A DNA stretch of 64,000 bases from the NCBI GenBank assembly GCA_039030515.1, contig JBCCEA010000010.1:32001-96000 (forward strand), read 5' to 3'. Below the pieces are notes generated by a model, which did not search any database, had not been told where the DNA came from, and saw nothing but the letters and a program-made list of their open reading frames with translations. Both the position numbers and the translations under genes were made by a program. Below, one piece after another: positions 1 through 9,488 of the stretch (its first letter is position 1; every line of letters starts with the position of its first letter). The DNA is from Myxococcota bacterium. Its GTDB lineage: Bacteria; Myxococcota_A; Polyangia; Polyangiales; Houyiibacteriaceae.

Positions 1-111
1 TCCTCCAGTTGCGTGAGGCACGAAAAGCGGTTTGCACCAAGATCGCATATTCGATCGAACAGCGTAGAAACGCACTTATGCTTATCGAAGGAATGGCGAC
101 TTAGAAAACGG

Positions 112-183
112 AGGCGCCGACCGGATTCGAACCGGTGAATGGAGGTTTTGCAAACCTCTGCCTTACCACTTGGCCACGGCGCC
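112..183 (-). tRNA. tRNA-Cys (GCA)
   Basis: Reverse complement GGCGCCGTGGCCAAGTGGTAAGGCAGAGGTTTGCAAAACCTCC...GGTTCGAATCCGGTCGGCGCCT; cloverleaf, GCA anticodon, U discriminator; CCA not encoded. Confidence 0.95.
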
Positions 184-329
184 GTTTTGTGACTCGAGAG
201 GCCTCGCCCGACGAGATTGGCGTTGTGTCTAGCTGAGAGGGAAGACCTTGTCCACAGCGGTGGAGGCTATTCGATGCGCCGGCAATCCTCTTCGATGACT
301 GTTGCGTTTCGCCGTGGTACATCCTCGCC

Positions 330-2996
330 ATGATGAAGGACAGCTTCTCAAGCCGTAAAACAGTCGAGTTCGGTGGTCGTCCCTACGACATCTTTCGTCT
401 GGATGCATTGACCAAAGCAGGAGTTGGCGACGTCTCTTCGCTGCCGTACTCCATCCGAATTTTATTGGAAAATCTGCTGCGTCACGAGGATGGAACATCG
501 GTTACCGCGAGCGATATCGAGGCGGTTGCCTCCTGGGACCCCCATGCCCCTCCCGCGACCGAGATCGCGTTTCGACCGTCGCGGGTCTTGCTCCAGGACT
601 TTACCGGTGTGCCCGCGGTGGTGGATTTGGCGGCCATGCGCGCCTCTTTTGCGCGTCTTGGTGGAGATCCATCTCGTATCAATCCGCTGCAGCCTGTCGA
701 TCTGGTTATCGATCACTCGGTGCAGGTGGACCACTACGGAAACGCATCAAGTTTTGCGCAGAACGTCTCGAGAGAGTTCGAAAGGAACCGGGAACGGTAC
801 CAGTTTCTGAAGTGGGGGCAGTCCGCGTTTGAGAACATGAGGGTCGTGCCCCCGGGTACCGGGATCGTGCATCAGGTCAACCTCGAATACCTGGCATCGG
901 TTGTTTTTCAGCGCACGGATCAGCACAAGACGCTGGCCTATCCAGATTCACTGGTCGGCACCGATTCGCACACCACGATGATCAACGGTCTGGGTGTACT
1001 GGGTTGGGGTGTCGGCGGTATCGAAGCTGAAGCGGCCATGCTGGGCCAGGCGATCACGATGCTCCTGCCTCAGGTCGTCGGTTTCCGTTTGAGTGGGCAG
1101 CTTCCCGAGGGGGCTACGGCCACAGACGTCGTCCTCCGAGTGACCGAGATGTTGCGAAAAAGAGGCGTGGTCGGAACGTTTGTCGAGTTTTTTGGCAAAG
1201 GTCTCGACACGATGTCGCTGCCGGATCGGGCGACCATCGCCAACATGGCGCCGGAGTACGGGGCCACCATGGGATTTTTTCCGGTAGATGCAGAAACACT
1301 GTCCTATCTTCGGTTTAGCGGTCGAGACGAGACTTCTGTCGATCTTGTAGAACGCTACCTGACGGAGCAGGGACTTTTCCGAGACTCGGAAAGCCCAGAG
1401 CCCCGATTCACCGATACGCTCTCCTTGGATTTGGGAGACGTAGAGCCCTCGATCGCCGGTCCCAAGCGTCCTCAGGACCGAATTGCACTCACCGGTTCCA
1501 AGCAGGCATGGGTCCAAATGCTCGAAGGGTTCCCTAGCCCTCGATCGGGTCGCGCTAAAGTGGAGCACAGAGGGCGCACTTTTGACCTGAACGATGGAGA
1601 CGTGGTGATCGCTGCGATTACCAGCTGCACCAATACCAGCAATCCAGCAGTGATGTTGGCTGCAGGTTTGGTGGCACGTAAGGCTTGCGAACACGGGCTC
1701 TCGGTGCCCCCCTGGGTCAAAACTAGCCTCGCCCCAGGTTCCCAGGTTGTTACTGAGTACCTGAAGAAATCTGGTCTTATCGACGATTTAGAGAAGCTTG
1801 GATTCTTCGTCGTCGGATACGGCTGCACCACCTGCATTGGGAATTCAGGCCCCCTCGACCCTGCGATAGCGGATGCGGTTGTGAGGGAGGATCTCGTCGT
1901 TACTTCGGTGCTCAGCGGCAACCGAAACTTCGAAGGTCGCGTAAGCCCTCATACCAGAGGCAACTACCTCGCTTCGCCGCCCCTCGTGGTGGCGTATGCG
2001 ATTGCAGGCACAATGAATATAGACTTTGCTCATGAGCTTATCGCTACCGCTCCAGATGGAAGTGAAGTCTTTCTAAAGGAGCTTTGGCCTTCCAACCAAG
2101 AGATCACGGAGACCATGCGGAGCGTCGTCGAGCGATCGCAATTTCTGGAGCGCTACGCCGAGGTATTCACGGGTCCCGAGCAATGGCAGGTCGTTGAGGT
2201 ACCGGGCGGCCAAACTTTCGAATGGAGCGAGGATTCGACCTACATACGAAATCCTCCGTTTTTTGATCACGTAGAAAAGGGAGCGCCTCCTTCACCCAGC
2301 AATATCGAAGGCGCCCGAGTACTGGCGCTCCTCGGAGATACCGTGACGACGGATCACATCTCTCCTGCCGGAGCCATCGCCAAAGACAGTCCGGCCGCTC
2401 GGTATTTGCTCGAGCATGGCGTTCAGCCCGAGGACTTTAACAGTTACGGAAGTCGTCGAGGCAATCACGAAGTGATGATGCGCGGCACGTTCGCCAATAT
2501 TCGACTCCGCAATCACCTGGTCCCGGGAACGGAAGGTGGATTTACCCGGGTCCTGCCAGGAGCCGAACAGGTGAGCATCTTCGATGCGGCGACCCGCTAC
2601 GCCGAGCTTGAGACTCCGCTTATCGTGATCGGGGGCAAAGAATACGGCACCGGCTCTTCGAGAGACTGGGCGGCTAAAGGCACCTATCTTCTCGGGGTGC
2701 GTGCGGTTTTGGTCGAAAGTTTTGAAAGGATTCATCGAAGTAATTTGGTCGGCATGGGGGTTTTGCCTCTGCAGTTTCTGGAGGGGCAAAACCGAGAAAC
2801 GTTGCGGCTTACCGGGGAGGAGCAATTCTCCATTCGCGGCATCGAAGGCGGTTTGACGCCAAAGAAGCGGCTCAAAGTATGTGCAGACCAGATCGAGTTT
2901 GAGGTGATGACCCGGCTCGATACCCCGCAGGAGGTGGAATATTACCTTCACGGGGGTATCCTGCAGTACGTGCTACGTTCGCTCGCGTCTTCCTAG
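330..2996 (+). CDS. acnA: Aconitate hydratase A
   Basis: QDFTGVPAVVDLA, DSHTTM, AAITSCTNTSNP, GYGCTTCIGNSG, YGTGSSRDWAAKG motifs; start may be 333. Confidence 0.97.
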   Translation: MMKDSFSSRKTVEFGGRPYDIFRLDALTKAGVGDVSSLPYSIRILLENLLRHEDGTSVTASDIEAVASWDPHAPPATEIAFRPSRVLLQDFTGVPAVVDLAAMRASFARLGGDPSRINPLQPVDLVIDHSVQVDHYGNASSFAQNVSREFERNRERYQFLKWGQSAFENMRVVPPGTGIVHQVNLEYLASVVFQRTDQHKTLAYPDSLVGTDSHTTMINGLGVLGWGVGGIEAEAAMLGQAITMLLPQVVGFRLSGQLPEGATATDVVLRVTEMLRKRGVVGTFVEFFGKGLDTMSLPDRATIANMAPEYGATMGFFPVDAETLSYLRFSGRDETSVDLVERYLTEQGLFRDSESPEPRFTDTLSLDLGDVEPSIAGPKRPQDRIALTGSKQAWVQMLEGFPSPRSGRAKVEHRGRTFDLNDGDVVIAAITSCTNTSNPAVMLAAGLVARKACEHGLSVPPWVKTSLAPGSQVVTEYLKKSGLIDDLEKLGFFVVGYGCTTCIGNSGPLDPAIADAVVREDLVVTSVLSGNRNFEGRVSPHTRGNYLASPPLVVAYAIAGTMNIDFAHELIATAPDGSEVFLKELWPSNQEITETMRSVVERSQFLERYAEVFTGPEQWQVVEVPGGQTFEWSEDSTYIRNPPFFDHVEKGAPPSPSNIEGARVLALLGDTVTTDHISPAGAIAKDSPAARYLLEHGVQPEDFNSYGSRRGNHEVMMRGTFANIRLRNHLVPGTEGGFTRVLPGAEQVSIFDAATRYAELETPLIVIGGKEYGTGSSRDWAAKGTYLLGVRAVLVESFERIHRSNLVGMGVLPLQFLEGQNRETLRLTGEEQFSIRGIEGGLTPKKRLKVCADQIEFEVMTRLDTPQEVEYYLHGGILQYVLRSLASS

Positions 2997-3145
2997 CGCT
3001 GCAGCGTGGTGGAACGGAAATATCGCTGTCCCGCAGACATCCAGCGGAGCGAAGTTTTAAGCCGACGGATTCGACGCCCCGTACTTTGGGTTCCTGTCTA
3101 GCTTGAGCTTGTACTCTCTGAGAAATGACTTAAGGAACAAGAAGT

Positions 3146-4060
3146 ATGGACACATCTGAGCGTATTCGAGGCCTGATAGAGCAAAACGAAGTTCTCTTGT
3201 TTATGAAGGGAAACCGAAACGCGCCCCGCTGCGGTTTCTCTGCACGCGTGATCGACATTCTCGATCAGCTCGTCGCCGACTATACCACCTTCGATGTCTT
3301 GTCCGATCCTTCAGTACGGCAGGGCATCAAAGACTTCAGTCAATGGCCGACGATCCCCCAGCTTTACGTCAAGGGAGAGTTTGTCGGTGGCTGCGACATC
3401 GTTAGCGAGATGATGGAACAAGGAGAGCTGGCTAAGGTGCTCGGGGTTGGCGAACAGCAAGCTTCGGCACCGGAGCTGCAGGTGACCGACACCGCACTGG
3501 GCGCGTTTGAGAGCTTCTTTGAGGGCACCGGGCGACCGACGGTTCGCATCGAGGTCGATCGTATGTTCCAGTGCGGTATGGATTTCGATACGCCGCGTCC
3601 CTCGGATTTCCAAATTGACCTGGGTCGCGTGCTCATCGTCGTCGATCCGGCCAGTGCGAGGAGACTGACGGGCAGCACGGTGGACTACGCAGAAGGTGCC
3701 AAAGGTTCTGGATTTAAGGTCGACAATCCGAATGAGCCGCCCAAGGTTCGCGAGCTTTCAGTGCATGATTTTGCTGGGTGGCGCGAGTCAGGCAAGGCGA
3801 TGGAGGTGTTCGACGTGCGCAGTGCGGACGAGCGTGCCCTTGCTTCTATCTCGGGCGCACGACTTCTGGACGAAGAAGGAAAGGCCTATCTCGAGAGCCT
3901 GCCAAAAGATACCGTGCTGGTCTTCCACTGCCATCATGGCGGGCGAAGTCTGGCTGCGGCACATCAGTACATCCAGACAGGATTTAGTCATATCTACAAC
4001 CTTCGCGGGGGAATAGACGCCTGGAGTCTTGAGATCGACGATTCCGTTCCTCGCTACTGA
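3146..4060 (+). CDS. grxD: Monothiol glutaredoxin (Grx4) fused to HesB/IscA-like and rhodanese domains
   Basis: CGFS, WPTIPQLY, GGCDI; middle segment ending GSTVDY..GSGFKVDNPN (HesB-like); C-terminal DVR..E, CHHGGRS, NLRGGIDAW (rhodanese). Confidence 0.88.
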   Translation: MDTSERIRGLIEQNEVLLFMKGNRNAPRCGFSARVIDILDQLVADYTTFDVLSDPSVRQGIKDFSQWPTIPQLYVKGEFVGGCDIVSEMMEQGELAKVLGVGEQQASAPELQVTDTALGAFESFFEGTGRPTVRIEVDRMFQCGMDFDTPRPSDFQIDLGRVLIVVDPASARRLTGSTVDYAEGAKGSGFKVDNPNEPPKVRELSVHDFAGWRESGKAMEVFDVRSADERALASISGARLLDEEGKAYLESLPKDTVLVFHCHHGGRSLAAAHQYIQTGFSHIYNLRGGIDAWSLEIDDSVPRY

Positions 4061-4260
4061 CGATGGTTCGCCTCAGTTTGGCCGGTAGAAGCACGGGAAT
4101 CTATCAGGAGCCACGGCCGCTTCGCGAGAGGACTCGTTGCCGAGTGCAGCACATCTGCTAACCATGGTTTTCGACCAAGCGGCACTGATCGCGGTCCTTT
4201 TCCATCCAACCGCGTAACTTCCTCTAAAATGCCATTTTCTATCAAATACACGTAGGGTTC

Positions 4261-4332
4261 GGGCGATTAGCTCAGGGGTAGAGCGCCATCTTCACACGGT
4301 GGATGCCGCTGGTTCAAATCCAGCATCGCCCA
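4261..4332 (+). tRNA. tRNA-Val (CAC)
   Basis: GGGCGATTAGCTCAGGGGTAGAGCG CCATC-TTCACAC-GGTGG ...GGTTCAAATCC..ATCGCCCA; CAC anticodon; CCA not encoded. Confidence 0.93.
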
Positions 4333-4337
4333 CAAAC

Positions 4338-4381
4338 AAAGAGCGCCGTGGAATATCGTCCCACGGCGCTCTTTCGTTTTG
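4338..4381 (+). terminator. Intrinsic terminator after tRNA-Val
   Basis: Perfect 14-bp stem AAAGAGCGCCGTGG/CCACGGCGCTCTTT followed by CGTTTT. Confidence 0.8.
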
Positions 4382-4483
4382 ACTCCACGGATGTCCTAGT
4401 TAGAAGCCGCTGGTTGCTTGAATCCCATTTGCGTCCACTCTTCTCTTCCTGTGGAATACGGGTTTCGTCCAGGAGGCTAAGTC

Positions 4484-5668
4484 ATGAGCGATCGTGAAGT
4501 TTATTTGGTGGGGTCGGCTCGAACGCCTATCGGTGCCTTTCAGGGCACTCTGGCTTCGGTGGATGCGGTGTCTCTTGGTGCCGCCGCGCTCAAGGGTGCA
4601 CTGTCTCGAGCCGAGGTGGAAGCTGGATGGGTCGATGAGACCTGGATGGGCAACGTGCTCAGTGCCGGTTTAGGTCAGGCGCCCGCCCGTCAGGCCGCGA
4701 AGAGCGCAGGCATCAAAGACCACACCCCGGCGACCACCGTGAGCAAGGTGTGCGGTTCGGGCTTGATGAGTGTGATTCTGGGAACCAAGAGCATCCTACT
4801 CGGAGATGCTGAACTCGTCGTGGCTGGCGGCATGGAATCGATGAGCAACGCACCCTATCTGCTGCCCAAAGCGCGAGCTGGATTCAGAATGGGTCACGCT
4901 CGGGCGGTAGATTCTATGATTCACGATGGATTGTGGGATCCCTACCATGATTTTCACATGGGAAATGCAGGAGATCTCTGCGCGAAAGAACTCGGATTTT
5001 CCCGAGAGGAACAAGATGCGTTTGCGACTGAATCGTATCGTCGAGCGCATCAAATGCAAAAAGATGGCGCTACGAAAGAAGAAATCGTCCCGGTTCAATT
5101 TCAGGGCCGAAAAGGTGAAGTGTATGTCGATGTGGATGAAGAGCCTGGGCTCGCAAAGCCCGAAAAGGTGCCACGTCTGAGACCAGCGTTCTCCAAAGAC
5201 GGCAGCGTGACTGCGGCGAATGCCTCCAAAATAAACGACGGTGCTGCGGCAGTAGTTTTGGCAAGCGGTCGCGCGGTGAAAGAGCGGGGTCTGTCTCCGC
5301 TAGCCCGCGTTGTAGCATATGCCTCACACGCTCAAGCACCGGAGTGGTTCACGACAGCTCCGATCGGTGCCTCCAAGAAAGTACTCGAAAAAGCGGGCAG
5401 AAAGAAGGATGCGGTTGGTTTGTGGGAGATCAACGAAGCGTTTTCAGTGGTCGCACTTGCGTGCACTCGGGAGCTCGAGCTCGACCCTCAGCGGGTTAAC
5501 GTACGCGGCGGAGCCGTTGCTCTCGGACATCCTATCGGGGCTTCAGGCGCTCGGATCTTGGTCACGCTGCTGTCGGCCTTGCAGGCCGCTGAGGAGCGAG
5601 TCGGAGTCGCTACCATCTGCCTTGGCGGAGGTGAGGCGCTCGCGCTCATGGTGGAATATTTGGGGTAG
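4484..5668 (+). CDS. atoB: Acetyl-CoA C-acetyltransferase (thiolase)
   Basis: [27 protein letters not shown] motifs. Confidence 0.93.
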   Translation: MSDREVYLVGSARTPIGAFQGTLASVDAVSLGAAALKGALSRAEVEAGWVDETWMGNVLSAGLGQAPARQAAKSAGIKDHTPATTVSKVCGSGLMSVILGTKSILLGDAELVVAGGMESMSNAPYLLPKARAGFRMGHARAVDSMIHDGLWDPYHDFHMGNAGDLCAKELGFSREEQDAFATESYRRAHQMQKDGATKEEIVPVQFQGRKGEVYVDVDEEPGLAKPEKVPRLRPAFSKDGSVTAANASKINDGAAAVVLASGRAVKERGLSPLARVVAYASHAQAPEWFTTAPIGASKKVLEKAGRKKDAVGLWEINEAFSVVALACTRELELDPQRVNVRGGAVALGHPIGASGARILVTLLSALQAAEERVGVATICLGGGEALALMVEYLG

Positions 5669-5773
5669 GGCACGCGCCTCTAATTTATTGGCTTGATGGG
5701 CTGAGGGCGCGTTGACCACTGTCTTCGGCACTGGTACTCCCTCTCCCTTTCAATTCAGTTGCTGGAGTGAGTT

Positions 5774-6643
5774 ATGGATGTCCGCAAGATAGGCGTTGTC
5801 GGCGCGGGTCAAATGGGATGCGGCATTGCACAGGTAGCCGCCGCCTCCGGATGTGAAGTCGTCCTGCTGGATGCGAATCTTGCTCGGGCGGACGAAGGCA
5901 GGCAGCGCATTGGCCGGAGACTGGAGAAGCTGGTCGACAAGGGCAAGATGGAATCTAAGGCGCGCGCTGCGCTCCTCGAGCGACTCGTTCCGACGACGGA
6001 GTACGCATCCCTCGCCGATGCCGATTTCGTCGTGGAGGCGGCCACCGAGAATCTAGCCCTCAAAGAGCGTATTTTTGCGGATGCGGACGCTGCCATGAAG
6101 GCGGATGCGATTCTTGCGAGCAATACATCCTCTATTTCGCTGACCAAACTCGCAGCCGCTACCCAGCGACCGGCGAAGGTCATCGGCATGCATTTTATGA
6201 ATCCTGTTCCAGTGATGAAACTGGTCGAGGTGGTCCGCGCACTTCAGACCGACGACGCGACTTTTCAAACCACGCTAAAGCTTGGAGAGCGCTTCGGTAA
6301 GGTGCTTGTAACCACCAAGGATATGCCCGGATTCATCGTGAATCGTATGCTCATTCCGTTCCTCAATGAAGCCTGCTTTGCCCTGCAAGAAGGGCTTGGG
6401 ACGGCTGAGCATATCGATACTGCGGCCAAGCTTGGCCTCAATCACCCGATGGGGCCCTTCGAACTTGCCGACTTGATCGGCCTCGATACGGTTCTGTATA
6501 TCGCCGAGGTTCTCCATCGAGAGTTCGGGGACGACAAGTACCGACCTCCGGCTATTTTACGCAACTACGTCGCCGCCGGATGGAGCGGCAGAAAAACCGG
6601 GCGCGGTTTCTACACCTATGACGAAAAGGGAAGAAGGCAGTGA
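5774..6643 (+). CDS. hbd: 3-hydroxybutyryl-CoA dehydrogenase
   Basis: GAGQMG Rossmann motif, SNTSS, GMHFMNP, PGFIVNR, PMGPF. Confidence 0.93.
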   Translation: MDVRKIGVVGAGQMGCGIAQVAAASGCEVVLLDANLARADEGRQRIGRRLEKLVDKGKMESKARAALLERLVPTTEYASLADADFVVEAATENLALKERIFADADAAMKADAILASNTSSISLTKLAAATQRPAKVIGMHFMNPVPVMKLVEVVRALQTDDATFQTTLKLGERFGKVLVTTKDMPGFIVNRMLIPFLNEACFALQEGLGTAEHIDTAAKLGLNHPMGPFELADLIGLDTVLYIAEVLHREFGDDKYRPPAILRNYVAAGWSGRKTGRGFYTYDEKGRRQ

Positions 6644-7413
6644 ACGAATCGTTTTTGAGCACGGAGCATCACGGTCCGGTGGCTCTGATCGTTTTACGCC
6701 GCCCTGAAAAACTCAACGCGCTAAGCAGCCAAGTTCTCGCTCAACTTGCGTCCACGGTGGAGGCTCTAGAGTCTCAGGAATCCATTCGCTGTGTGGTCCT
6801 CACGGGTCATGGAGCTGCATTCGTTGCGGGGGCAGATATCGAAGAGATGCGCGCGTTTTCGGCATCTCAAGCCGAGGAATTCTCTATTCAGGGGCAGGCC
6901 GTGTTTCGGTCGATCGAGGAGTCGAGACTTCCCTATCTGGCTGCAGTGAATGGATACGCTCTAGGAGGTGGCTGCGAACTCGCACTTGCTTGTGATTTCA
7001 TTTACGCCAGCAAAAAGGCAAAATTCGGACAGCCGGAGGCGAGGCTTGGTCTCATTCCCGGCTTCGGAGGCACTCAGAGACTGCCGAGGCGTATCGGGAT
7101 CGCTGCCGCCCGTGAATTGATCATGACCGCACGAACCGTCGACGCTGACGAAGCGCTTAGGCTTGGCTTGGTGAACCGAGTGATCGAACCAGATGCGCTG
7201 CTCGACACGGCGTTGGCTTGCGGCCGTGAGATTGCAGGTAACGGCCCAGCCGCGATTTCGGTAGCGAAGCGGACCTTGCTCAAAGGGGTTTATCCGCTAC
7301 TCGACCAAGCTCTCGAGCTCGAGAGTCGTTCGTTTGGCCGGTGTTTTGATGATGCGGAATGTCAGGAGGGCATCACGGCTTTTCTCGCTAAGCGACCTCC
7401 GAATTTCGGATAG
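6640..7413 (+). CDS. crt: Enoyl-CoA hydratase (crotonase)
   Basis: AFVAGADI, GYALGGGCELALACD, FGQPE..LG.IPGFGGTQRL; GTGA overlap with hbd. Confidence 0.92.
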   Translation: MNESFLSTEHHGPVALIVLRRPEKLNALSSQVLAQLASTVEALESQESIRCVVLTGHGAAFVAGADIEEMRAFSASQAEEFSIQGQAVFRSIEESRLPYLAAVNGYALGGGCELALACDFIYASKKAKFGQPEARLGLIPGFGGTQRLPRRIGIAAARELIMTARTVDADEALRLGLVNRVIEPDALLDTALACGREIAGNGPAAISVAKRTLLKGVYPLLDQALELESRSFGRCFDDAECQEGITAFLAKRPPNFG

Positions 7414-7532
7414 AGAGCGCGCCTCTCATGGCTCGGCGGGAACGTTTGCCGGGCTGGCTCCGAGGCGCGCTCTGCAGGCCTCCTTCATGATGAACGAGCA
7501 GCGCGTTTGTGATTTTTGCGCTAACTCTCCGC

Positions 7533-7928
7533 ATGTCCCGACGCGAAGTTCGTACCCAAGATGCTCCCGAAGCTATCGGATCCTACGCTCAGGCAGTTCA
7601 GCACGGGAATCTGCTGTTCTGTTCCGGTCAGATTCCGATCGATCCCGAGACTGGACTGCTGGTGGAAGGAGGCGTCCAGCAGCAGACCGATCGGGTGATG
7701 AAGAATCTGTCGGCGGTGTTGAAGGCTGCGGGCGCCGGCTTTGATTCCGTTCTTAAGACAACCATATATCTGAAGTCCATGGAGGACTTTCCCTTGGTTG
7801 ACGAGGTCTATTCGAGTTACTTCGCCGGCGCTCCCACGTTTCCCGCAAGAGCATGTGTTGAGGTTTCTGCCCTGCCGCGAGGAGTGGATGTTGAGGTGGA
7901 ACTCGTGGCTGCGGTGGTCGATCGGTAG
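7533..7928 (+). CDS. ridA: RidA/YjgF family enamine deaminase
   Basis: AIGSYAQA, SGQIP, FPARACVEV..LP, VEVE; ATG at 7533 preferred. Confidence 0.92.
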   Translation: MSRREVRTQDAPEAIGSYAQAVQHGNLLFCSGQIPIDPETGLLVEGGVQQQTDRVMKNLSAVLKAAGAGFDSVLKTTIYLKSMEDFPLVDEVYSSYFAGAPTFPARACVEVSALPRGVDVEVELVAAVVDR

Positions 7929-8040
7929 ATTCAGTGCACCTCAGCGCTGCACGACCTCATGACTGAGGGACCGGTTAGAGCTAGGGGGAGGCTGGTTGGA
8001 GTCAAAGGACTGAGCTAGCGCCACCCTCGGCTCGCCGTAC

Positions 8041-8076
8041 TCGCTTAGGGTGTTTGAGTCGCTTAGGGTGTCTGAA
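8041..8076. repeat. 2x18-bp tandem duplication
   Basis: TCGCTTAGGGTGTTTGAG / TCGCTTAGGGTGTCTGAA in the ridA-purA convergent spacer. Confidence 0.8.
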
Positions 8077-8130
8077 ACCTCCGCATGACCCACTGGGAGA
8101 GTCATGCGCTTTTGGAAGTCGCCTACGGAC

Positions 8131-9408
8131 CTATCGGAACGGGTCGCTCAGGGCAAGAGTCCTTTTCCGATCCGGTCCCACACTTACCGTACCTACCTCG
8201 CATCCAGCCAACTCCTCAATGCGCGCGATGTACCGTCGGGCACTAGCCGGAAGAGACTGAAGGGTTTTGCAGTTCGAAAGATCTTCGTCCCAACCTTCGA
8301 ATTCCTCATATTGGGCAACGACCCGATCGAGTCCGTCGAATGGCGGTCTGCTCAGGGGTTCCCCGTCGAGTACGTACTGCGTGCAAATATGCAACTTCGG
8401 TAGTCCCGAAAGCACGTCTAGTTTCGTTAGGGCCAGTTCGGTAAGGCCGTTCACTCTGCACGCGAAGCGCAGCGCGACCCCGTCGAGCCAGCCACAGCGT
8501 CTCGGTCGGCCGGTGGTCGCTCCGAACTCCGCACCTTGGGACTGCAGATAGTCGGCCGCCGAACCGGTGAGCTCTGTGGGGAAGGGGCCTCCTCCAACCC
8601 TTGTCGTGTAGGCCTTGGTAATTCCAATAACGCGTCGAATTCGAGTGGGCGGCAGACCAGCCCCTGTGCATGCACCGCCAGCGATCGCGTTGCTGCTGGT
8701 GACAAAAGGGTAGGTTCCATGGTCGACATCGAGCATCGTGCCTTGAGCCCCTTCCGCCAGTACTTTCTTCTCGGCGTCAAGGGCGTTTGCGAGCACCTCC
8801 TGGGCGTCGACAAAATGTGGTTTAAGTCGCTCACCCAGTTTGAGATAAGCGTCGATCACCGTTTCAACGTCTGGAAGCTCCGAGCCAAATCCGCTGAGCA
8901 CCGGTTTCCAAGAGTCAAGGTTTGAGTAAATTCGAGATCGAAAGCGGTCCGGCCTGATCAGATCGCCCATACGGATCCCTCTTCGTGCAAATTTATCCTG
9001 GTAGCACGGTCCGATGCCCCTTCGGGTCGTACCGATGGCTCGGTCGCCCTTGGTCGACTCTCGGAGTGCGTCCAGAACCTTGTGGTGAGGGAGTACGACA
9101 TGGGCCCGATCCGATACCAAAAAGCGAGACGGCTCGAAGCCGCGTGCCGCGAGCACGTCGAGCTCTGTGCAGAGCACTTCTGGGTCGATGACGGTCCCTT
9201 GGCCGATCAGGCAGGACGTGCCCGGATGGAGTGCGCCACTTGGCACCAGATGGAGTACGACTTTCTCCCCGTTCACGACAAGAGTGTGCCCCGCGTTGGC
9301 GCCCCCAGCGTAGCGAACCACCATGTCTGCGTAGGGAGCGAGCAAATCGACCACTTTGCCTTTTCCCTCGTCGCCCCACTGGGCACCAACCACGACTACT
9401 GCTGGCAT
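8131..9408 (-). CDS. purA: Adenylosuccinate synthetase
   Basis: GAQWGDEGKGK, GGANAGHT, EGAQG, TTGRPRRCGW; ATG at 9408 with GGAAAGG RBS. Confidence 0.97.
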   Translation of the reverse strand: MPAVVVVGAQWGDEGKGKVVDLLAPYADMVVRYAGGANAGHTLVVNGEKVVLHLVPSGALHPGTSCLIGQGTVIDPEVLCTELDVLAARGFEPSRFLVSDRAHVVLPHHKVLDALRESTKGDRAIGTTRRGIGPCYQDKFARRGIRMGDLIRPDRFRSRIYSNLDSWKPVLSGFGSELPDVETVIDAYLKLGERLKPHFVDAQEVLANALDAEKKVLAEGAQGTMLDVDHGTYPFVTSSNAIAGGACTGAGLPPTRIRRVIGITKAYTTRVGGGPFPTELTGSAADYLQSQGAEFGATTGRPRRCGWLDGVALRFACRVNGLTELALTKLDVLSGLPKLHICTQYVLDGEPLSRPPFDGLDRVVAQYEEFEGWDEDLSNCKTLQSLPASARRYIARIEELAGCEVGTVSVGPDRKRTLALSDPFR

Positions 9409-9488
9409 GCTGACCTTTCCAAGTTGACGGATCGAGGAGGCGGAGACTCCCTGACTCCCTAAAGGCGCCCCTGTTGAGCCTCTAAGGT

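Noticed and set aside
1..111. Possible integrated element at the tRNA-Cys 3' end
   Set aside because: Only about 110 bp visible; no integrase or att duplication in the window.
101..331. 76-aa ORF (and the 4303-4497 ORF)
   Set aside because: They run through tRNA genes; spurious.
948..2951. Long antisense ORFs opposite acnA (likewise opposite actC, coxB, the FGE gene and ftsY)
   Set aside because: Expected from codon bias in GC-rich genes; no recognisable motifs.
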